From contig MU054323.1 of the NCBI GenBank assembly GCA_013239625.1, forward strand, positions 3,460,161-3,524,160: a stretch of DNA of 64,000 nt, written 5' to 3'. The notes under the pieces are model-generated. The model was not told where the DNA came from, made no database searches, and worked only from the letters and a program-made list of their open reading frames with translations. Both the position numbers and the translations under genes were made by a program. Origin of the DNA: Lama guanicoe. Its lineage: Eukaryota. Of the stretch, positions 53,826-64,000 are shown in pieces (the first letter of the stretch is position 1; each line of letters opens with the position of its first letter).

Positions 53826-55707
53826 CCTATTTTCTTCTTTCCCCATCTTGGCTGCCCTCTCTCTGTTACTTTCCCCCCATAGGACACCACAGTGCTGGTC
53901 TGAAGAGAACAATGCCACTTCTCCTTCTGGCCTCTGTCTGATAGGTTTTGGGGAGAAGGTTAGGTAGGGATGGAATTCCTGGGGCATTCTACTCCCCTGG
54001 GAAGTCTGCGTGGCACTTCGCCTATTCACAAAGCTTCTTCATAACACAAGGTAGCAACTGATCATCATCGTGATTCAACAGTGCCCATGGGGGGTGCACT
54101 TTCTCATTTGCTTCCCACAACTGGACACCACCACCTGGGCCACAAGGGGCAGCTGAATTCACTTAACTTGCGTAAACATGACTCCAGAGCCCTACAAATT
54201 TGTCTTATACAAATTCAGAAGGATTCTTTAACTAAGAATTTTATTTACACAAAAAATACCTTTTAGGTTATCTGAGACAATTGAAAATAACCCAGATAAA
54301 TCACACAGCATGCCAGCAGTCAATTATACAATGATCAAAAATTCTGTAGCGCGGCACCGACTGATGTAACCACGTGTGCCCATTTAAATATTTTAATTAA
54401 TGAAAATTAAGTAAAATTAAAAATGCAGTTCCTCAGCTGCACTAGCCACATATCTGGTGCTGAATACCTACATGTCAGTGCTGTATTAGCGCAGAAGGAC
54501 AGTATTTCCATTATCACAGATTATTTTATTACAGCTAGTACTAGAGTCATTCTGGCATTAAATCCAATCTCTTCATACTAGGGCATTGGTGAAATCCTTA
54601 TCCAGATATGACTGATGAAAACATCTCTGTCTGGTCCTGTCCATCTTTCCTCGTCGTTATTTCTGGGGCTTTCTCACCTGTAACTGTCATCCCATGCTGT
54701 CTGACCTGGAGGGAGCGCCTCTTGATATCTTTGCCAATATGCCCATTACAAAGAATTCTGTCTTTCCATCTGCAATTGCTTGGAGTTTACATTTTAAGTG
54801 TAGAATCCTCTTCCACTGGTTCTACACCAATGGCTTTAGAGAGTGAATACTAGGAGCTTGCATGAAAGCCTCTCCTTTTTGGAACTTGGGTGAGTTGTCC
54901 TGGGAACATGTGTCCCGCGTTTACATAAGCCTGAGTCAGTAAGATGCCAGACACAGAGCCCAGGGCTGGAACCAAGGTCTTCAGAGTCACCTGCTTGTCC
55001 TTCAGTTTAACCGCCCTTGGGCTGCTGTAATCATTAACTCTTGAAGGAGGCTCAGCATTTCCCTCTGATTAACTAGGGGCAGCTTCTGTTGAAATCCTGA
55101 GTTGGGGAGAAGAAATGGAAGTGAGAGGGTGGCAGGCAATAGCCTGGAGGTGCGACACTGGCAGAGGAAAGGAAATTAACCTGAGCTAGTGTCCCTGATC
55201 AGCTCTGGCACCTTCATGTCTCCGCAGTTGTTTGTCCCCCTGGCAGCCCTGGGCCTCCTGGTCATGCTGGGCACTGTGTGCTCTGCTGAGCTGGGCACCG
55301 TGGTTCCTGAGTCCAGAGGTGGGGAGCTGTCCTACATTTATATCTTACCTACCCATACTCCTTGTCTGCCTTTCTTGTCATCTACACATTGGTCCTGATA
55401 ACCTGCTGTCTCTGAGCTTTGTTGAGTACCCATGACCCGTTTACCCTGACTGCTCCTCATGGCCCCAGACCCCAGTCAGGCTGCAACATGGGCTGGACTG
55501 CCTCCCTTCCTGTGCTGAGGCCATTCTCACACTGCTTGGGCCCAACACCCTGGGCCGAGCTTCCCACCATACAGAAGCCCTCCTCACCCGCTCAGTCTCC
55601 AACACGGACACTCGCCTCACCCCATGCAGGCTGTGACACCCTTTACAAGCCAGTTGTCCCCATGTGGCACCCTCCTTAGGCTCCAACCTCCCAGGACAGG
55701 TCACTCT

Positions 55708-56078
55708 GTGTCTTAGTCCAGGCTGCTATAACGAAGTACTGGAGACTGGGTGGCTTATAAACAACAGACATGTATTTCTCACAGTTCTGGAAACTGGACA
55801 ACTGAGACCAGGGTACCGGCACGGCTGAGTTCTGGTGAGGACCCTCTTCCAGGTTGCAGACTGCCAATTTCTCACTGTGTTGTCACATGGTGGAAAGAGA
55901 GTGAAGGAGCTCTCCGGGGTCCCTTTCATAATTTATGGGCACTAATCCCGTTCATGAAGGCTTCACCCTCATGACCTAATCATCTCCCTAAGGAGATGCC
56001 CCACCTCCTATCACATCACATTGGGGGTTGGGATTTCAACATATGAATTGGGAAGGGGGACGTAGTCAGTCCATTGCA
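55708..56078 (-). mobile_element. MLT1A/MST-like MaLR solo LTR
   Basis: TGTCTTAGTCCAGGCTGCTATAAC...GGCTTATAAACAACAGA...TTTCTCACAGTTCTGG...TCAGTCCATTGCA. Confidence 0.85.
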
Positions 56079-56487
56079 CTCTTCTGCCCAGATGTCCTCC
56101 TTCCTCTGCTTGGTCTCCAGCATGACTATGGCAGCAGCCCTTTCTCTCCCTCCCTTCATGCATTCCTGTTTTGCTTGGTGCCACCAGATGACTTGCACTG
56201 AATTGATTAGAAGGGGAAGGGAAAAGAAAGAGGAAGAGAAACAGGAAGAGGTATTGTTTCTTTATTTTTAACATCTAATATGTCTCAGCAGTGACCATTT
56301 TGTGTCCACTTCTGCTGGTACACAGTGTGTCAAGTTGCCTTTTATTGCAAGAGTGTCTCCTTGCATGATTTGTCCAGTTCCACGGTTTTGTTTTTCCTCT
56401 TTGAGGACTGCATTTCTGTGCTCGTTGCATCTCTGCTGTCTGTCTTTTCTATGTATTAATGTCTTTATGATTTAAAGTCTGTATTTC

Positions 56488-56537
56488 TGTTTCATTTTCT
56501 ATACTTGTTTCATTTTCTATACTTGTTTCATTTCTAC
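56488..56537. repeat. 18-bp tandem repeat (about 2.7 copies of TGTTTCATTTTCTATACT)
   Basis: Direct read; lies in a decayed antisense L1-like tract and gives ETSIENETSIENET in the ORF track. Confidence 0.85.
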
Positions 56538-57324
56538 CCTTGAGCTCTTTTACTGTGTTTTCTACTGTATTTATACCCCCGTACACTTGTACTTTTGTTT
56601 GATTTCTGTGATTTTTTTTTTCTTGCACGTTTTTTTTCTGAGTTCTGCAAGTATGTGAGATCAAGTTTTTTTCTTGTCTTCTCACCATTTGTTCTCTGGG
56701 ACTACATATTTCTTTTATTGATTCTTCCATATTGAGGTTATTTCTTCATTAAGTCTTCTAATGCAGTGGCCAAATGTTTCATCAGAATGTTCATCTATTT
56801 CAGGGCAACATTTTTGGTGATTCTTTGTAGCTGGTAAGTTTAGCAGCAATGTCCTGCCTTTTTTTTTTTTTTCCTTTGAATTAATGCTGGCTGCCTTTAA
56901 ATTTCCCTGGTTGACATATTTGTTGGGGTTTGCTTCAGGGGACAAGTTTTGCTAATGTTTTTCTCGTATTGGTTCTTACTAGGTTGTTTCACTTCCCCCC
57001 GTCCTCCTTAACTATCACAGCTCTTACAGTGTGTGTAAGGGATATTCATTTATCACCTCAGCTTGAGCCTCTTACCTAAAAGAAGTCTTCGTGCTGGGGT
57101 TTCTGGGATCTGTTCCCCTTGGGCTGTTTTGCATTTCACTTCCCTACTCTACCCCAAGGGGCTTTCACAACATATTACCTTTGCAAAGATTATGAAGTGA
57201 ATTTAGCAGCTTTGGGGAACCTTTATGCATTTTTGAGTTGTGGATCATATGTCTTGTAGTTTGGCTGAAAAAGTTTCTATTTATTTCCATTATTTATGCT
57301 AAAAGAAAACTCCTGTTTCTTTTG

Positions 57325-58211
57325 CTACAACTTATACTACTTCTGACACCAAATGTGAGAGATTTTCCACACCAAGTAATTCTCCAATTTTTGATGGACA
57401 GCAACTGGAATTGACCTAATTCTGACACTAACTGCCTGGAATTAGCACAGTTCCACAAGACTGTCCTCCATTTCAGATGCCAGTTGCAAGTCCCAGGTTG
57501 TCACCTGTACTTCTGACTAATGGGCTGTAAACTGGGGGTTCCCACAACCCCTTCCTTGTGTTTGATAATTTGCTAAAATAGATCACAGAATGCAGGGGAA
57601 CACTTATGTTTATTGGTTTATAATAAAGAATATAATAAAGGATACAGATGAACAACAGATGAAGAGGTACATAAGGCAAGGTCTGAAGGGCTCCCCAGTG
57701 TAAGAGCTTCTGTTGCTAGGGAGTTGGGGGTGTGCCCCCTGGACCAGTGTAGAAGCTACCTGAAGCTCACACCTTAGGGACATTTATGGAGGCTTTATCA
57801 CATAGGCATGATGGATTATTAACTCAGTCTCTAGCCCCTGTTCCCTCCCTGGAGAATAGGGTTTGGGGTTGAATGTTCCAAGCTTCTAATCATGGCTTAG
57901 TCTTTCTGGTGAGTGGCCCCCACCTGGAGCCCGTGCATTAGGACAGAAGATGCTCCTATCACCCAGGAAATTCCAAGGGATTTAGGAGCTCTGCTAAGAG
58001 GCTCTTATCACCCCCATTACTCAGGAAATTACAAGGATTTTAGAAGCTCTGTGTCAGGAATGGGATCAGAGACCAAATATTAGAACAAAGATGCTCCACG
58101 CAACTTTATCACTCAGGGAATTACAAAGGTTTAAGAAACTTTGTGTCAAGGACCAAATACTAGCAGAAGTTGGCAGCAGAGACCAAAATATGTATTTCTT
58201 GTTATTTCACA
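57325..58211 (-). mobile_element. MER21-like solo LTR, inverted relative to 48402-49265
   Basis: Ends ATTTCACA; exact reverse complement of a 24-mer of the other copy at 57968-57991; internal tandem triplication at about 57950-58150. Confidence 0.75.
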
Positions 58212-58339
58212 TATCCCATTCTTCTCTTGCCCTTTCAGTGGTTTAGCGTGGTTGACAGTTCTTTACATTAACTTTCTCCTGTTAATAAAATTGCTGATTA
58301 GACTCTGACAGAAACATGGCTTCTGGGTTCTGTGATTTA

Positions 58340-59600
58340 AAAATAAAAAATGTTCCTAATTTCTCGTAGTCCTTCTGGGACTTTTGTTTTTACATTTAAA
58401 TCCATGATTCATTTGTTATTTATCTTGGTAAAAGGTATAAAATACAGATATATCTTAATATTTTTTCCCATATGCCTACCTAGATATTTCAACACCATTT
58501 ATTGAATAACCCATCTTTTCCCCAGTTGATTTGAAATATTATCTTTATCATTAACCATATTTTCCAGTCTGCAGTTTGAAGCAGAACCAGACCAAGGGCA
58601 TATCTGTTGAACCCCAACTACTTTTAGGTATGAAAGCAAAACTAAATGGATTGTTGTTTCAAGCTACTGAGTTTGAGATGATTTGTCACATAGCATTATT
58701 GTGGCAATAGATACAATTCATGTGTTTTATAAAATGACACTTTCTAATTTTTTGATATTAATATATTAGAATGTGATTTTGTTCTAAGCTGAACTCTCTT
58801 TTAATAATTATTGGTTCTATGCAGACAATCAAATTGCCTATGAATGATGACAATTTTGTTTTTTCTTCAATTATTATAATTTTATTTTTGCCTTGCTACA
58901 CTTGTTAGACTTCCAGTACAATGCTTAATAGAAGCAGTGATTGCAATCATTCTTACCTCATTCTTTGAAGGGAATATCACTAACATTCTGTCATTAAGTG
59001 CATTGTTCACTGTAGTTTTTTTGTAGATTCACATTATGATATTAAAGCAGATCTCTTCAGTTACTTTCAATTTTTTCCATTATTAGTGTAAAACTCTAGC
59101 AAATATGTTTTCTGCAGCTGTTGAGATAATATTTTTCCCTTAATGTGTTAATATGGTAAGTAAGTTATAGTAATATGTTTTCTGAAATTTAGACATCTTT
59201 GCTTTTATGAGATAAGCCAATTTTATCATGATAAACAGAAATTGTTGGGTTCAATTTTCTAATGTTGTGTTCAGAAATTCTGCATGTAGATTCATAAATG
59301 GGATTGATTTAAAATTTTTTTCTTGACCTATTTTTATATGGTGATGGTAAGACTATTCAAACCTCATCAAATGATTTGGGCAATGTCTCCACTTTTTCTT
59401 TTCTCTGATAATTTGCGGAATATTAGTATTATCTGTTCTGTGAAATTTGGCAGAGTGCCCCCATAGTCATTGGACCTATTTTTTTTTGTTTTTCTTATAA
59501 AATTGTTAACTTCTGATTTAATGTATTTAATGGCTATACCATACAAGTCATCTATTTTTTCTAAGTTTCAGATTTATTGAAAAAGTAGTACATAGTGTTC
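58340..59600 (-). mobile_element. Ancient LINE-1 (L1M-type) ORF2 remnants with a nested LTR fragment
   Basis: T-rich antisense L1-like tracts (CAACACCATTTATTGAATA, GACTTCCAGTACAATG); boundaries approximate. Confidence 0.6.
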
Positions 59601-59964
59601 TCTGACTCTCTTTTTTTAAATTAACGATTTTGTATTTAATTTTTTTTAAGTCAAAATATTACAGATCTGGGTTCCACTTCTTCCCATTTCTCTCGCTTCT
59701 GTCCCAGAGAGAACTGCTTTTGACTCTTGCAGCTGTGAATTCTTCCTTCTAGCATCCAGACTTCTTTTTCCTGTATGAGTATATCTTTGTCTTTGTCTTT
59801 TGGTTCCCCCGTTCTTTTATAACTTGTGCACATGGTCTTTTTAATCCATTTGGATTTTTTTTAATGACATTAAGTAAGGGAATTAGCTTCTTTTTTTAAT
59901 TGTGTCTAGCGAATTGTACCAGTATCATGTATTGAAAAGTCCCTTCTTCCTTGTAAATCCATCT

Positions 59965-60325
59965 CTGTGTGTCCACTGAATCTGTGCTTCTCACCATTGC
60001 TTCCAGCCAATTACTGAGTAAGCCAGGGTACCACAGCAGGCCCATTCCTAGGGGACATGGAACTCCTGGAAAGGTGACTTTGGTCTGAGACCTCCTCATC
60101 GTCCTTGCTCAACTTTCCTTCTAACTGCATTGCAAACTTCCACCCAACTTTCCTTCCTTGCTTGCCTTTCTCCTTCACTCAAGGTCGACATATATCATGG
60201 GCTGACATCTCTTCCAGCCTTTCCTGACTCCCTTCGCATTTGCCTTTGCTGGGGTTTCCCGTGATACGTTTTTACACATTTAATCTTGTCTTGGTATCTG
60301 CTTCTTGGGGGACCTGCAGTAACAG
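59965..60325 (+). mobile_element. LTR16-like ERVL solo LTR
   Basis: GCAGGCCCATTCCTAGGGGACATGG...TTTAATCTTGTCTTGGTATCTGCTTCTTGGGGGACC...AACA terminus. Confidence 0.6.
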
Positions 60326-60855
60326 ATACACGCATTTATTGGGACAAGAGTTATGTAGAGACAAGAGAACCTCCAGTTATGTTTGGGGATCTGGGATAAA
60401 GGAACCTGTGCTTACTTCCAAAGGGAAGACCCAGGAAAGCACATCATGTTACAGAAGTTCCCCACGCAAGACAGCATAATGCAGCATAAAAATGTAGAAA
60501 TGCTGGCACAACATGTTTAGGCAAAGTGCCTCAGGAAATCCTCTTTGGTCTCCTGTGGCTCCAGAGTGGTGCTCAGAGTATCAAACCATTCCCCATGCTC
60601 CTTACACCTGTAGCAATGCAGTTCATCCTTTAAGGTAGAGAAGACCCCAACAATGGCCATGGAGGATCTGGACAAAGTGGATACCCCCAGTCAACAGAGC
60701 CTTTAGCAACCAAAGTTGCTCATTTGAAATTTATTAAGTAGCACTGTCCACACTAATGAAGCTGCCACTGATCACCATCCCTAGAACTGTCACCACTCAC
60801 ACAGGGTTTTCTGCTTCTTCAAGTCACAGTTTTCTGATTTACAAGGTAAATGCAA

Positions 60856-60972
60856 GGGGGAGAGAATAGCTCAGTGGTAGAGTGTATTCTTAGCATGCAC
60901 AAGGTCATGGATTCAACCCCCCGCACCTCCATTAATAAATAAATAAACCTAATTTCCTCCTCCCACCAAAAA
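60856..60972 (+). mobile_element. tRNA-derived SINE (Vic-1-like)
   Basis: Same head and tail; perfect 12-bp TSD aaggtaaatgca (60843-60854 and 60973-60984). Confidence 0.9.
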
Positions 60973-63900
60973 AAGGTAAATGCATCTGATTGGCAGAATC
61001 AAGGCCATGTGCCCGCATCCTAGCTGGAAGGGAGACTGAGGAAAATTTTTTAGCTTCTATGGTGGGATCTATACAGAATCTGCTTCATAAGGTGACAGCC
61101 TCCTTAGACATAAAAAAAAATTCAAATATGGGCAGCCAAAAATAATGAAAAATGTCATCATACTAGACATTTTCCTTTTTTTTTTCTTTTCTGAAAAGAG
61201 AATCTTTTTTTTTCTTTCCAGCGTTGTTTGCCAGGTGTTTTGGAGATAGTTGAACCCCACACTTAATGTATGAATTGCTCAATCATATCTAAAACTTTCA
61301 GAGAAGAACAGAGATCACTGAGAGGATCCTGAACTCAGCAGACTGTAGTGACTGGATATAATCCTTAGTTGTTTCCCTTTGGGAATAGGATAAGTGTATC
61401 AATTAGCTTTTGCTGTGTAACAAGTTACCGTAGTGTGCAGTGGCTTAGTATAGTCATCATTTATTAATCAGTGATTCTGTGGGTCAGCAACTTGGGCTGG
61501 ATCCAGTGGATAGTTCCTTTGGGGTTGGCTGGGCTCATGCAAGCTTCTGTGGCCTCCCTCCAGGTTGGGAAGCCTTCAAGTCAATAAACCCCCCTCACAT
61601 TTTTGGCTGTTGCCTGGGAGAACAGGACAGTTGGTTTTATGTCTCTCACCATTCAGCTCATTTACCTGCCTCATTCACACGGTTGATGTCAGGGTTCCAA
61701 GTGGAGCGAGGAAGGGTAGTCTTCAACGTGCAAGCACTTTTTAAGATAGGGTTGTGTGTTTCGAGCAGTTGAGGGTTCACATCATAGTGGTCATTTACTT
61801 TTTTTTTTAAAGCGTCTTTTCATCTTTTCCTATAACAGACCTTGCTTGAATCAAGCTAAACCTCTCCATGACATAGTGATTTATCCAAAGGACAAGCATA
61901 TCAACCAAACTAATTCAGTAAGAGTTATTCTCCAGGGTTTTTTCAAATTGAAGTTACGGGAGGAAAGTCCCTCTCCTTCCTTTTACAATTATGATAATAT
62001 GAGCCAAGAGCTGCCAGCAGTCGTAATGACACTTTTGTAGGAGGCAGCCAGCCTAAAGAGAGAAAAGCTAACATATAGAGATTTGCATGAAAGAGAGATA
62101 GAAAAAGAGAAAGAAAGTGAGAGAAAGAGAGCTGAGGGAGAGTGAGGCAAAGATGGATCCATCCCAGCCCTTCTTGTTGTCTGGTTGTGTCTAATACAAT
62201 ATATGTATATTTTTGCCTACAGTAGATGGAATTAACAGTTTCTGTCACGTGTAACCAAATAGTCCTGACTAATATGCGAACACGGGTATCTTGTTGAAGA
62301 GGTGGAGAAACTAGGACAAGGAAGGGATCAGTAAGCTGTGCAAAGACAAGATCTGGGTCATAGTGTCTTGTTCAACCTTGGAGGGTTAATTATACAAAGG
62401 GGGCATTGGTAATATCATATGAAGAGCTCCTCTGAGATTTGTAATTCTCCTTTTTACCCACTGTGTCAGTTCAAAGTGTGGTTGCAGATAATGGAAATGA
62501 GTCCAGGCAATTGCAGTAGAAAGAAGCTTAAAACAGAGAGTAAGGTGATTACAAAATTGTTGGAAGGGTAGGGGGTGTAAACTGGAGGCTGAGCTTCCAG
62601 GAATGGCTCCCCTGTAACAGTACCACAGGACTGTCCTGCCAAGGAAATCATTGAGGATATGCCACCTTAACTGCAATTCACATTAAAAACATTGGATTTC
62701 TTGTCCTCTGTCTCTTTGCAACCACAAAGCTAGTCCAGCCAAGATTTCTGCTTTTGCAACCACAGAAAAAATAAATGCCTTCTTGACCATAATTGTCAGC
62801 AGAAATGCCAGCAGCCACAGAACCATGTATCCACTTCCAATCTCACTCCTTAGAGGCAACAACAGCTAACATTTTCTTCTGTATCCTTCCAGAAATTTCC
62901 CAAACATATATGCTTGTGTGTGTGTGTTTGTGAGCATGTGGGTAAAACAAATGGGATCACACTCAATATTGGTCTTGTTGCTGATTGATTTATAGGACCT
63001 CTATTGGATGCCTTTTATAAATGAAGATGAAAGAACATAACTGGGTCTCTTAAGCAGATCACTCTGAGCCTTAATTTTAACATGAAACCAGAGTCCTTGG
63101 GAATAAACGACATATTTAGGAACAACATTAAAAATTAAAATAAATAATGGAAGAGGCACACAACTCCTTAAAAATCATGTCAAAATGAAGCATTCTTTTG
63201 AAAGTAAATTTTGGATTTGTATATACACACCTTTTTCATTTGAAAACAAAAAGCTTCTATAATTTATGAAGGTGAAATGTATATTTATCAATTTTTAAAA
63301 CAGCAGAATTTTATAGTTTTGTCTAAATGCCATTTCAAGAGTTACAAAGAGGAAATACATTGTTCTTTCAAAAACACAGTGTAAAGAGTAAGACTAAAAA
63401 CAGTTTTTAAATACCCTGCAAAGTTAGAAACTAAAGAAAACCCTAAACAATATAAAAAGAAAGAAAACTGTCTGAATCTAAGAGTAAATGGCATTTATGT
63501 AGAGGCTTGATTTCACGTAGGGAATATTTAAATCAGTATGTCACCTAGTCAATGCCACAGAACCTGACTGTATAGAGTTCGGTGATATAAGACAAAGGAA
63601 AGTCTAGATGATGAGAAAAGAACCAGGAAACACTTGGCAGAGAAGAGCCCGGCCTCAGCCTCCCTTCTCACTGGGCGCAGGCGTGTCCCGGGCCCTCCCA
63701 CAGGCCCCGGAGATCGGGTATCTTGTGAGGCACAGGCCCTGTGAGGCCGGGTGAACCCGAGTTACTGCCTTTGTCCGCTGACCCTGCTCCAGGAGCCCCA
63801 GCTCTGTCTGTGAGTCATTGATCCTGGTGCCGCTCCCGACTGTTAATCATCGCAGCCCAGAGAGGGGCCTCTTGAGTGGGAACCTCAGACAGGGAGGGAT

Positions 63901-64000
63901 TCCACCCCGTCTCTACGGGCAACCGGGCAGTTGTACAGTCTGCATCAGCTGCTTCGTGCTCAGCGCTGGGAATGTGCCCCTGGCCCACCTGCTCTGGGGG

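Overview
Mammalian genomic DNA, probably a camelid judging by four tRNA-derived Vic-1-like SINEs. Positions 1-42 kb hold the 5' part of PUM2 (Pumilio homolog 2) on the minus strand. This comprises a CpG-island promoter with non-coding first exon(s) at about 41.0-42.1 kb and seven coding exons (22409 down to 1708; 1006 nt, 335 codons + 1 nt). All have GT-AG boundaries and consistent phases. The gene continues off the left edge, so the PUM-HD RNA-binding domain is not in the window. Positions 42-64 kb are upstream intergenic DNA dominated by L1, LTR (MER21-, MLT1-, LTR16-like), DNA-transposon and SINE relics. I found no prokaryote-style or otherwise new biological system. The best leads are candidate unannotated PUM2 splicing and promoter elements: a 48-nt in-frame micro-exon, an AG|GT recursive or poison site, and an internal first exon for a Met57 isoform. 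Other leads are a stop-interrupted vestige of the ancestral Pumilio N-terminus and a 90-bp locally templated insertion inside an L1 tail. Repeat subfamily names and orthologue comparisons are from memory and need RepeatMasker or alignment confirmation.
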